Source: Eledone cirrhosa (lineage: Eukaryota). From it: a stretch of DNA of 64,000 nt. Positions 1 to 54,367 of this stretch are shown in pieces (within the stretch, counting starts at the first letter, position 1; every line of letters starts with the position of its first letter). The notes beneath the pieces are model-generated. The model was not told where the DNA came from. It worked only from the letters and a program-made list of their open reading frames with translations, and did not search any database. The stretch is from the NCBI GenBank assembly GCA_964016885.1, contig OZ024740.1, positions 364,064,001-364,128,000 on the forward strand, read 5' to 3'. The translations under genes and the position numbers were made by a program.

Positions 1-6
1 TGTATG

Positions 7-54
<48 letters not shown>

Positions 55-1038
55 AAAAATAAATAAAAATTTTATTTCTCGCCCTAGCAGAACTGATACA
101 TAAATGTCAGTATGCACATGTACACACATATATATGTATATACACACACACATATATATATACACACACATATATACATATGTACGTATGGGTTATATCG
201 AACATTAATAATAATATTCAATTTGTTTGTAAACAAATGGCCCGATTAAAACTGTGCCATGCCGATGACAAATTATTACTCGTTTGTTCAACACTGGCAT
301 TGAGGAACAATCAACATGTTTCTGGGTAATTAACCTTCATCAGGACAGGTTACCTCTGCAAGTCTGTTGAACGGTTGAAAATATATAGTATTTTCTTAAG
401 TACACATCGGCTGAGTAGTCCCTTTTGCATACCAAGCGAGTTACAGCTGACCATGCCAAAAACTAAAAATAACATTAGAATTTATTTCTCGCCCTAGCAC
501 AATATAGCCCATACATACATATGCATATATATATGTGTGTGTGTATGTGTATATATATATATGTGTGTGTTTGTGTGTGTATATATATATATATATGTGT
601 GTGTACATGTGCATACTTACATTTATGTATCAGCTGTGCTAGGGCGAGAAATAAAATTTTAATTTTATTTTTAGCTTTTGGCATAGTCAGCCATAACTCA
701 CACATGCATACGTACATACATACATACACATGGGAACAAGGTAGGCTTACTAGTAACAAAAGATTTTACATACTCCTTATCACTTTTAACTCATTTCAAT
801 TTGCCTTGAAAACCAAACCAGAATATATATATATATATATAAGGTAAATTAATACCTTTTCTATATTATATGTAATTGATTCTCGTGATTTTTCTGTAAA
901 GGTATTAAAAACAACATCCTTTGGAGAAGAATGAAACATGTAAATCAAGTAAATAATGTATTAATTGTTATATATATATATATATTCTTTCTGAAAGCAT
1001 AGTAATGATAAATAATGCAATATTTTTCTCATTTTTAG

Positions 1039-43476
<42,438 letters not shown>

Positions 43477-43591
43477 AAAAGCAGATTAGCATTTGTTGAA
43501 AACACAATCAGAAACATTATAACCATCAATGAGAATTGGAAGCACATTACTTTATATATATTTCAAAAAGCATTGTAAAAAAAAACAAAAT

Positions 43592-43597
43592 AATAAA
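43592..43597 (+). promoter_or_regulatory. Candidate polyadenylation signal
   Basis: First AATAAA, about 115 nt after the stop codon; AT-rich context makes it weak evidence. Confidence 0.45.
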
Positions 43598-43683
43598 GAT
43601 ATATTCTATCAAAAATTATCTAGTGTTAAAATAATTTTTTGCCTTTAAATGAAAAAGATGTTACAATGTATATTCTATAAATA

Positions 43684-43715
<32 letters not shown>

Positions 43716-43867
43716 AACGGAAAAAATGAAACAAAATTTCATTTCTCCCTCTTAGTACGGCTGTTACTTAAATATAAATATGTATACGTACATACATATA
43801 TGTATACAGACGTACAGTAGTAGGTGTATACTTTCAGACGTTCAATCATCCGGCAGGAAGCTATACG

Positions 43868-43904
43868 TTGCTGACGATGGCTAATAAGCTTGAAACTAGT
43901 ACAG
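43868..43904 (+). ncRNA. Minimal type I hammerhead ribozyme motif (Penelope-type)
   Basis: ttg-CTGACGA-tggctaataagctt-GAAA-ctag-TA-cag; palindromic stem III; weak stems I and II. Confidence 0.6.
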
Positions 43905-44154
43905 TGTTCCTTTGTCAGTGTTGAACAAATGAGCAACGATGGTTGCTAGACACTGTACGGCTTAATTCGGGATGTTTGTTTACAAACACACCGAGCATTA
44001 TAATAAATGTTCGGTGAATCCATACATACATATATATATATGTGTGCATGTATGTATATATATATACATACTACTGTACGCCTGTATACATATATGTATG
44101 TACGTATACATACTTATATATGTATATATATATATATATATAGAGAGAGAGATC

Positions 44155-44590
44155 AGGGTTTTACCAGTTTTAAACTAGTACTCAATACTTGGGATATTTT
44201 CATACTTTGTTTCGTATGGGAGAACCACAGGGGACAAAAGTATTCAAGGTGGGGTCGGCAAAAGTAAAGAGAAAGATAATGTTGTGGATATCTCTCAAAT
44301 AGAACGTTCTGAGAATCCAGGAAAGCTTTCTGTGAGCCATATCATCTTTGCTGTTTATATGAGTGGCTTCCATGTCTCTGATGTTGTTGGATGCCACAAA
44401 AGTTTCACCTGAAGGAAGGGAATATTGGAGTTTCAGTGCATCCTCTTTTCCAAAGTGGATTAATTCAAATTTATCCTCGTTCAGGAGCATATTGCACATT
44501 GGATAACAGCAAGTAGATCTGATTGAATGCATGTCCAGTCACCCACTCCATTAATGACCTTTTGAAGCTTGGCATCATCTGCAGTAACAT
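44155..44590 (-). mobile_element. CR1-like LINE RT fragment
   Basis: ADDAKL and MLLNEDKFELIHFG remnants on the minus strand. Confidence 0.7.
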
Positions 44591-45009
44591 CATTTATATA
44601 TATCATCATCATCATTGTTTAACGTCTATCTTCCACGCTACCATGGGTTTGGACAAGAATTGTCCCACTTGAGGCAAGAATGGTCGTCTCACTCGTATAG
44701 GACTGTCTGGCAGGTTCTCTACGGCTGGATGCCCTTACTAATACCAACCACATTTACAGTGTGGACTGGGAGGTTTTTACCGTGTAACCTACACGGCCAC
44801 ATTACAGCGTGGACTGTGTTTTTTGTCGTGACACCTACACGACCTCATTTGTTTAGGACTGGATGTTGTGGTACCAACATAACTTAACAGAGAAAGAGGT
44901 GGTGTTGATGGTGGTGGAGGTGGGGTGGAGTTGGGGTAGTGGGATGGCGTTGTATATTTGGTTAAGAGGTGCCTACTGACTGTAGGTTTTGATTTGTACA
45001 TAGGCAAGG

Positions 45010-45830
45010 GGGGTCTTCTGTATTACTGCGTAGCGCCAGAGATCTCGGTCCAGTGACATTGTCTTGGAGAGGTGTAAGTGTGTGAGGTCGGAATTTATCA
45101 AATCGTCCCAGGTTTTTCTGGGTCTGCCTACTCCGTTACTTCCATCAATTTTGATCACCCTGCACTTTTTTATACAGCTGTCGTCTTTCATGCGCATCAC
45201 GTGACCATACCAATGCAGTCTTCTCTCGAGTAAACAGCATCTGATCCCTCTTATTCCTAATTTCTCACTTAGTTCATTTATGCTTTGCCGTTCATATCCA
45301 ATGGAGCATGCATGCTTCATTTCTCTCCAGTCTGCGCAGATCCTCTGCACACTGCTCATGTCTCACTGCCATGTAGCATTGCTGTTCATATACAGGCATC
45401 ATACAGTCTGCCTTTTATTTTTAAAGAGAAACCTTTAGCGGCCAATAGTGGTACAAGCTCTCTGAACTTTTTCCATCCCGTTCTGACTCTGGCTACTGTA
45501 CTTTCAGAGCACCCTCCACCACTGCTGATTTTGTCACCCAGGTAACGGAAGGTGTCCACTATTTCTATAGAACCATCTGGGCAATAGAAGAAGCTAGTAT
45601 CCTGTGGGCACTTGCTACTTATTGCACCTGAGCATCAGTCACATATAAAATCTATGTTCTTAGATAGCTTACCTATGATCCCACTACATCTTTTATGCAC
45701 CCATACTTTGCATTTGGGACATAAAATGGAATTTCTGCCTACTCCTTTCCTACACACTGAGCATGGCAATTTCCCAGAAGGGGCTTGTGCCCTATTTTCC
45801 TTCCTACACACTCTGGTCTTTAATGCGAAG
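45010..45830 (-). mobile_element. RTE-clade LINE 3' fragment with PHD-like finger
   Basis: LHWYGHVMRM, GRPRKTW, FRYLGD, GKLPCSVCRKGVGRNSILCPKCKVWVHKRCSG. Confidence 0.85.
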
Positions 45831-45898
45831 AAATTCCGATGATGGCCAGAAGATCACTGATGACGGATAGTCCTGATTTTTTCCTCTATTTTTTAATT

Positions 45899-45929
<31 letters not shown>

Positions 45930-46076
45930 TTTGAGTATATGTTGGTTGTATACCAACACCTCAGTATGCAGATTGGAGCACTCGACGAAGTGCACAGGTT
46001 GGTTTGGTTACTCTGGAGTAATGTAAAATAAAATAAAATGAATAAGTCAAATGTTTAAAATGTGGCTTCATTTATT

Positions 46077-46131
46077 ACTGCTATATATATTTCGGTGACA
46101 GCCATCTTTGGCTGTGACCTCTTCAGGCAGT
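46077..46131 (-). ncRNA. Type I hammerhead ribozyme motif
   Basis: Reverse complement of the motif at 47115-47169, identical core and stems. Confidence 0.78.
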
Positions 46132-47114
46132 CCGAATTAGTGTGGTAGAGATGAGTACACATGTTGTTGAGGTGTTTAACTTTGTCAATACTCTGATATG
46201 CCCAGTTCCTGGTTGGGTTGTTATTTCACTGAGGAACTGGAATGATATGATTTTAAACAAACGAATTTCAGTGTCAAAGGACCTCTTCTCCTCTCATTGG
46301 TCAGTTTTTAGAACATTCCTCAGTCAAAAGTCTATAGAAATTCGTTCTGAGGCAAGGCAATCTGTAGTGGTTGTTCTTGTTATTGTTAGGTACATCTGAC
46401 CTCTACTCTTATGTTGGTAGTGGAGTCAGCTCAAAAAAATGATAAAGTGGTAGAAGGAATAAGATGGTAAAGGAACAAAATAAAATAAAATAATCAAATA
46501 AAATGTGTGATACTTCTAAATGTCAGCAGCAGCAAGACATAGGCTGACTACAACACCAACAACACTACCAAAATAAGAGTAGAGGTCAGATGTACTTAAC
46601 AATAGCAAATACAAACACTACAGGGAGCCTCACCCCAGAAAGAATTTCTATAGACTTTTGACTGAGGAATGCTCTCAAAACTGACCAATGGGACGAGTGA
46701 CCTTACAAATCTTTATAACATTGAGATGGGTATAACACATACACATTTTATTTGATTATTTTATTTTATTTTGTTCCCTTACCATCTTATTCCTTCTACC
46801 ACTTTATCATTTTTTTGAGCTGACTCCAACAACAACACCACTACCAACATAAGAGTAGAGGTCAGATGTACCTAACAATAACAAGAACAACCACTACAGA
46901 TTGCCTTGCCTCAGAACGAATTTGACTGAGGAATGTTCTAACAACTGACCAATGAGAGGGGAAGAGATGCTTTGACGCTGAAATTCGTTTGTTTAAATTC
47001 ATATGATTCCAGTTCCTCAGTGAAATAACAACCCAACCAGGAACTGGGGATATCAGAATATTGACAAAGTTAAACACCTCAACATGTGTACTCGTCTCTA
47101 CCACACTAATTCGG

Positions 47115-47169
47115 ACTGCCTGAAGAGGTCACAGCCAAAGATGGCTGTCACCGAAATATATATAGCAGT
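47115..47169 (+). ncRNA. Type I hammerhead ribozyme motif
   Basis: actgc-CTGAAGA-ggtcacagcc aaagat ggctgtcacc-GAAA-tatata-TA-gcagt; 5-bp stem I, 9 of 10 bp stem II, palindromic stem III. Confidence 0.78.
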
Positions 47170-48277
47170 AATAAACGAAGCCAAATTTTAAACATTTGAC
47201 TTATTCATTTTATTTTATTTTATATATATATATATATGTGTGTGTATGTGGGGGTATATATGTATATGAATATATACCCCTACCTCCACCCCCATCTACA
47301 CCACCCCTTTTGCTGTTAAGTTATGTTGGTACCACAACATCCAGTCCTAAATAAATGAGGTCGTGTAGGTGTCATGACAAAAAATCACACAGTCCACGCT
47401 GTAATGTGGCTGTGTAGGTAACACGGTAAAAACCTCCCAGTCCACACTGTAAACGTGGTTGGTGTTAGGAAGGGCATCCACACGTGTAAAAACTGCCAGA
47501 CAGCCCTACACGAGCAAGACAACCAATCTTGCCCCAAGTGGGACAATTCCCGTCTAAACCCATGTTAGTGTGGAAGATAGACATTAAACGATGATGATGA
47601 TGATGATGATGGTCAGGTCATTGGCGACTAAACTGGCAACCCCACCAAGCTAGCTTGGTGGGGGGGGGGGGTGAAATACAAAGGGCGGAGGAACTCAGCA
47701 GAGTCAACGGCCATCCAAATTTTTTTTTTTTTTTTTAACCTTGGAGTGAAAGAACCCCAGTTGTTGTCACAACACCTTTCTAGGAGAGGGAAACTCTGAA
47801 AAATAACCTGCGGCTTCGGAAGCATCCGATGATGTTGACCAGTTCTCCTTTTCGGGTGGTGTTTTCGATGCTCAGAGAGTGCGATTGGTCGAGTGCAAGG
47901 ACTTTCCCCACTTCAAAAACCTTCAAAGCCCAGGCATTGCTTGTTCAAGGTCTATAACCTGACAAGCGATTGCAGTACTCTTAGCAGAGTTTGTATATAT
48001 ATAGATGTGTATATATATAGATGTATATATATGTGTGTGTGTGTTGTTTCCTTGAGCAAGACACTTTATTTCACATTGCTCCAGTTTACTCAGCTGTAGA
48101 AATGAGATGATAGGGACTGGGTCCTTATCATTCCACTGCAAAGTGGTCGTGGAGGTGAAACGGGAAAAAAGCACCCACCACTCACTGTAAATGAGGTTGG
48201 TGTTAGGAAGGGCATCAAGCTGTAGAAATCAACCCAGAATCAGTTCCCGTCCTACCCTTGTAAGCATGGAAAAGCAG

Positions 48278-51200
48278 ACGTCCCGTTTGTCCGATGTATA
48301 AAGACCCGCAAAGGGAACATCGGAGGGCATAGACAATGTGGGTGTATGTGCAGGGGAAAGAGTGGCAGATACGGAAAGACCCGTTAGAGCCTGTAGGAGT
48401 AGTGAGGGTGGAAATGAAGAGACAAGTGTTGCAGCAGTGACAAGAAGGAAGAGAGCTAGGTGGAGTCATGGGAGGGGACGAGAAGGAACTGCGAACCAGA
48501 AGGTCGCGGAGGTTTCGGGCGCACTTAAAAGCAGTAATGGGTGGGTTTGGAAAAAAGCGAGAAGTGACGGGGTCAGAAGAGCGGATGCGGAAGGAACGGA
48601 GGATATGTCGCCGGAGTGTTAAGGTGATGGGGTGGTAGGTGCGAGGGAAAGGAATGCGGGTGTTGGAAGGGTGGGGGTGAGGTGAGAGGGGTGTGGTGCA
48701 GTCTGTTTCACAGGCACGGGTGAGAGCAGCTTGGATCAGGGTGGGGTGATATCCACGCTGGATGAAGCTGGAAGCCATGCGTAGGGAATGGGTTTCGAAA
48801 TAGTTGTCCTGACTACAGAGCCGACGAAGACGGAGGAATTGGGAATAGGCTATGGAGTGTTTGGTGGGGGTTGGATGGGAGGAGGTGAAGTCGAGGTAAG
48901 AGTGGGAATCTGTTGGTTTATAGAAGATGGAAGTAAAGAGGGTGTGGTGAGAGTGATTAATAGATAGAGAGATATCTAGAAAAGTGACAGAAGAATCGGA
49001 GACGGAGGCGGTGAAAGTGAGAACAGGATGGAAAGATTGGACAAAAGAAAGAAAGCAGTCGAACTGCTCTCGTGATAGAGAGGTGGCGCCAATACAGTCG
49101 TCGATGCAATGACCGTATAGCTCAGGAGTCGGTCCAGCGTACAGAGAGAAGATCTGGGCTTCGATGTAGCCAACAAAGAAGTTGGCATAGTTTGGACCCA
49201 TTCTGGTTCCCATCGCTACCCGAGAGACCTGCTGATATAATTCACAAGAAAGGAAAAGCCATTGAGGGTGAGAACAAGCTCAGCCAGATGGAGAAGAGTG
49301 GTAGTACTGGGATAAAGGGTAGGGCATAAGTCTAAAAAATGTTGGAGAGCATAGAGGCCGTCATCATGAGGGATGACGGTATAGAGAGAGGTGATGTCCA
49401 TGGTAAAGAGAAGGCGAGAGGGACCAGGAGGGAAGGAGAAGGAGTTGAAGAGTCGAAGGGCATGATTGGTATCGTGGATGTGGGAGGGGAGATTGCCGAC
49501 CAACGGGGCGAGGATGGTGTCTAAATATTCAGAAAATATCTCGGTGGGGCAGTTGCACGCAGAAACGATAAGACGGCCGGGATTATTTTGTTTGTGTATT
49601 TGGGGGAGGAAGTAGATGGTGGGTGTGCGAGGGGTGCGTACAATAAGGTTGGTGGCTGTGGGGAGTAGTGGAGAGGAGGAGATGAGCTCGTGGATGGTGG
49701 AGGACACGAGTTGTTGGTAGCCAGGAGTGGGGTCAGAGGATAACGGGCGGTAAAAAATGGTATTGTTGAGCTGGCAGAGAGCCTCAGCCCTATTGGGGTC
49801 AGTGTTCCAAACAACCACAGCGCCACCTTTGTCAGCGGGTTTGATGATAATGTCATCGTGACGCCGAAGGTTGCAAAGAGTGGAGAGCTCAGCCCACGTG
49901 ATATTAGAGCGACGAGAATGCTGGTGGAAATAGAACCAATTCACAGTACGCCGACAAGTATCAACAAAGGATTCAAGGGTGCTGAACTGGTCAGAGCTCG
50001 GCGTCCAATGTGATTGCTGGCGACTGAGACGAGTGAAGTCATCCGTCTGTGTCAATGATGGCGTGTCATGAAAAAAAGCTTTCAGCTTTAATCAACGGAA
50101 GAACCCTTCAATATCGGCCCATGTGCGGAACTCATCGCAGGTATATCTGATGGTATAAAACGCAAACCACGGGCGAGGAGGGAACGCTCAGTTTCAGAGG
50201 GTGGTAGGTCCTGGGGTATGGTGACTACAGTGCAGGGATGTGAGGAAGTGAAATAGACGGAGGCGGAAGGGTTAATATGGTTGGGCAAAGCATGTGCAGA
50301 TTCAGTGGTGGGGAGAGGAAAGGGGGTGGTAGGTGACGGGATAGAGGGTTTAGGATTGGAGGTGATATGTGTATGGGTGGTGACGGCAGACGGGGAGCAA
50401 AGTGAGTCGAGTTTGTGGTTTTTTATGGAAGTGAGGAAATTGAAAAGCAGGCGATTGAGGTAAAGGATGAATTGGATAAGGGATTGGGCGAGGAAAGGGT
50501 AGCGAGTGGAGGAGAGATGGAGGTAGGCCTTGTGGAGATCTCGGTCGAGAGAACGGATTTGGGCGTGAGTTGATCGAATGGTCGCCCGCATGAGCTGGCG
50601 AGAGGAGCGGGTAAGGATGGGTTCAGTGGTGGGAGCAGAGTAAGAGGTAGGGTGAAACTTGGGGCGGAAACTGCGGGGCATGGGGTGGTGGTGGAGACAG
50701 CGACTTAAAAAGGTAATATGACTATTATATCGTGTTTTGGTGAAGATGAGGTTGGAGAGATGCAGGGAGGATTGGATGCATATGGGGGGGAGCACTTGAG
50801 AGTAGAATGGAGCTGGCGGAGAAAAGATTTGAGATTGGGCATATTGTAGGTACTAGGGTGGGAGTGAAAAATAGACGGGTGAGAAGAAGAAGGTGGCGTA
50901 AGAAAATTATAGTAGAGGAAAAGTGGTAGAGAGTAGTGGAATATTTAAATGCAAGAAGCAAAGAAAATTTCAAAGATACGAAAGATTTCCTGGTGGAAGT
51001 TCAGATGTACTCCGGGTTGGTATCCAGTTTTGGGGTGAAAATTCAATTAGAAAATCCAACGAATTTTGAGAGGTCCACGTAAGCGTTGATATATATATAT
51101 GTATGTAAAAGGTAAACAGAAATAACAACACAATCGGTACAGTATATGGAAGGGATATATTAGGTTAACGCTTGATATAGCAGGAAGAGGGTCTTAACGT

Positions 51201-51300
51201 TTCGGACGCTAGTCCTTCATCAGAAGAAAGAATGAGAAATAAGATAGATTGAGGGGACGGGTGGGTTGGAATTGGAAAAAATGTCTTTAGATAAAAATAA
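48278..51300 (-). mobile_element. Penelope-like retroelement (RT plus GIY-YIG), near full length, with frameshifts
   Basis: IIIKPADKGGAVVVW, GRLIVSACNCPTE, TMDITSLYT, MGTRMGPNYANFFVG, IDD, YKPTDSHSYL, SQFLRLRRLCS, HIVYALRCSLCGSLYIGQTGR; hammerhead upstream; 3' end cut by a SINE at about 48040-48280. Confidence 0.92.
51192..51227 (-). ncRNA. Minimal hammerhead ribozyme in the Penelope upstream repeat
   Basis: tctt-CTGATGA-a-ggac tagc gtcc-GAAACGT-t-aaga on the element's coding strand. Confidence 0.75.
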
Positions 51301-51379
51301 CAGGTCAATTCATGTTGACATCTCTTGCAAAACTGTTGGTGCTGGCGTTTTATGTATGATTTATTTTCATCATATCCAC

Positions 51380-52058
51380 TGTGAGTTCAGCGATTTGAGG
51401 TCTGCTCTTACCACCTCCACCCATGCTTTGCATGGTCTACCTCTACCACGTCTTCCTGCAACTGGCATTTCCTAACACTTCTTCACCCATCGGTCATCCT
51501 CCATGCACATCACATGTCCATACCATCATAGTCTCCTCTCTTGCACACTACAATCTATCTCTCTCAAACACAGTTTCTCTCTCAACACATCCATGCTCGG
51601 TTGTTCACACACATTGACATTGCACATCCAACGGAGCATGTTTGCCTCATTTCTCTCCAGCCATTGCATATCCTCTGCAGTTGCTGCCCATGACTCACTA
51701 CCATGCAGCATCGCGCTCCTCACACAGGCATCATATAACCGGCCTTTCGTACGCAGGGAGAAACCCTTCTTCATCAGCAGAGGAAGCAGCTCCCCAAACT
51801 TCTTCGAACCAGTCCTTATTCTAGATACTATAGCCTCGGAACACCCCCCTCCCATTATAATCTGATCTCCTAGGTACTGGAAGCTATCAACCACTTCTAT
51901 AGCACCCACCTGCATTTGAAAAATGTGTCTATCAATGCGACTCCTACTGTCTAATTTCCCTGTACATCTACTGCATACGTATTTCTCCTTACCTGTTAGT
52001 TTGCCTGCTATCCCACTACATCTCTTGTGTACCCAAGATCTGCATTGTGTGCATTTTA
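51380..52058 (-). mobile_element. RTE-clade LINE 3' fragment
   Basis: SIKCTQCRSWVHKRCSG..FQYLGDQI..LYDACVRSAMLHGSESWA; close relative of 62090-62750. Confidence 0.88.
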
Positions 52059-53139
52059 TAGATATATATACATATATATATACACATATACACATGTGTA
52101 TATATATATATATATATATACCCTAACGGATAGTACGATTTATACGTGGATATTTTACGTCTCGATGTGGGAGCTAAGTATATGTTTTGTTTATACCATT
52201 ACTTATTTGCATAGGTAAGTATATTTTACCCGTATGTTTTGTGAAGGTACGTATACCTTTTCGTACGTATATTTGATTGTTTATGTTATGGCGTATAATT
52301 TTATATATTCTGGTACATATGGTTTGGCTATGTGTATACGTGAGTTTTGCGTCTGTGTGAGTATGCAGGTTCGTACGTATGTAGGGTGTGTGTATATGTG
52401 TACTTCATGTTTTGGTTGACTTACGTCTCCGAACATTCGTGTATTTACATGTAGTTATGTGTGTGCGCTTGTTATATACGTATTTATTTATTTATATACG
52501 TTTATATAATTATTCATTTATTTGTATACACGCATACACACACACACATATTTATATGTGCGTGGTTTTGTATACCTATGGTAAGTGTTTTGCGTATGCT
52601 TGTGTATGTACGTATTTGTTTGCGTGTATGTATTTATTTATTTCTATTACTTCTGTATTGTATTTATTTACTTTGTTCTTAACTCTGTAGCGGAGATTCA
52701 TTCGGTCTCCTAGTTAGAATTTTAGTCTACGACTTCTGCTATACCATTTACGTGGTTTTGTCTTTGCGTGCTATTGTTCTTCACGCTCCACATATGACGT
52801 ATTATCTTCGTTTTTTTTTCGTTCATTGCCAGAGTACGTCTCTATGAACCACCTAAGAGAACATTAGTCTACGACCTCTTTTATACCATAAACGTGGTTC
52901 TGTCTTTGCGCGTAGTTGTTTTTCACCGCTCCTATTAATGACGTATTATATTCGTTTTTTCCCGTTCTTTGCCAGCGAACGTTTCCACGAACCAAAGTAT
53001 CGTCTTCCTGTCTTCCTCCGGTTGCAACGTTTTTTGAAATATCCACTTCTGCGTTTACAAATTGACTTTGTTAGTTTCAGAAGATCCCGTTAAGGGTGAA
53101 AGCAGCGATTCTTTGCTTAAACTTTAATCTGTTATTTTA

Positions 53140-53182
<43 letters not shown>

Positions 53183-53351
53183 TATACATATATACACACA
53201 TTTATACATATATATACACACATTACCTTTACACACATACACACACATACATACATATACACATGCATATATACATATACATACATACATACATATACAC
53301 ACATATACATATATATATATACATATATATACATATATATATACATATATA

Positions 53352-53961
53352 CATGGTGGCTGCCAACTCGTTTTCGAGTACGGCCACTACTTTATATCCA
53401 TGTAGGAGAACCCCTACCGATGCGCTGAACGAGTGTGACTTTTGAGTCCAGCCAGCGACTTGAAAACTCTGGTACAAACACTACACCTGTGACAATTATT
53501 GACACACAGTGCTGGGCCCATGGTACCATGTGATGACAAGTGCAGAGAGATCTCCAGATATAAAGCAATGCCTGTGCCGTGAAGCTTTTATAGTGAGCAA
53601 AGGCATTGCACAAAGCCAGTCCCACTCTCTTAACCAAGATGATATTTACCAAAAAGAAGAACAAGTCAACATCATTGGATACCATCAGGGTTGCAGGTGT
53701 TATATCAGAGTTTTCCTTCTCCTAGAATTCTGCCTTGACAAAGGCTAAGGGGTCATCTCTCCCGGTGATTTTGGAAGGCCATTGACTCTTAAGAGCTCCT
53801 TTGCCCTTTGACAGGTTTTGTTTTTAGTCCTGCAGGATGTCCAAAGTCACCCTCCTCACCAAGAAACCTTGGTGGGGTTGCCAGTTTAGTCGCCAACGAC
53901 CCGACCATGAGACAGGTTGTACTGGGATACATGTTACCAGTAGCACCAACTGGTGACCTGA
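53352..53961 (-). mobile_element. Short RTE-derived retroposon, complete copy flanked by TA/CA microsatellite
   Basis: Near-identical to 21501-22166 without the 28-bp triplication. Confidence 0.78.
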
Positions 53962-54294
53962 CACATATATACATATACACATACATACACACATACATAT
54001 ACATACATATATATATATATATCATAAAACCTGTCTATTGAATCACAAGATAAAATATATACCATTTCCTCTCCCAATTAGCATAATCAACTATATAAAA
54101 AATCGAATAGACCAGGCTATAAGAATAAGGCTTCTATGAAGAAATCCCCAACAAATACCCGAAACTAGCCCTTCGCGTCGGCTGCGACGGAATATTTATT
54201 GAATATTTCGACAGCGTAATCGCCCGGATATACAGTTAATTAAACAGAATTAGGTGTAAAATAAACTAGGAGAAAAGAGAATACATTTATTTAC

Positions 54295-54367
54295 CTCTAC
54301 CATGGTTTCGTCCGCATTTTGAGATTTCCAATATATTCGGAAATTCGAGCATCGGACACTTCAGGAG
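54295..54367 (-). ncRNA. Hammerhead-like motif with long stem II and one core substitution
   Basis: ctc-CTGAAGT-gtccg..cggac-GAAA-ccatgg-TA-gag; A9 position is T. Confidence 0.55.

Larger units (their letters stand above)
46024..47222. mobile_element. Penelope-type foldback: two inverted ~480-bp pseudo-LTR arms
   Basis: 46024-46509 is the reverse complement of 46741-47222; mirror ORFs 46142 (+) and 47104 (-); each arm carries a hammerhead. Confidence 0.8.

Noticed and set aside
45870-45895. CTGATGA followed by a small hairpin as another hammerhead
   Set aside because: No GAAA or stem III follows; at best a truncated remnant
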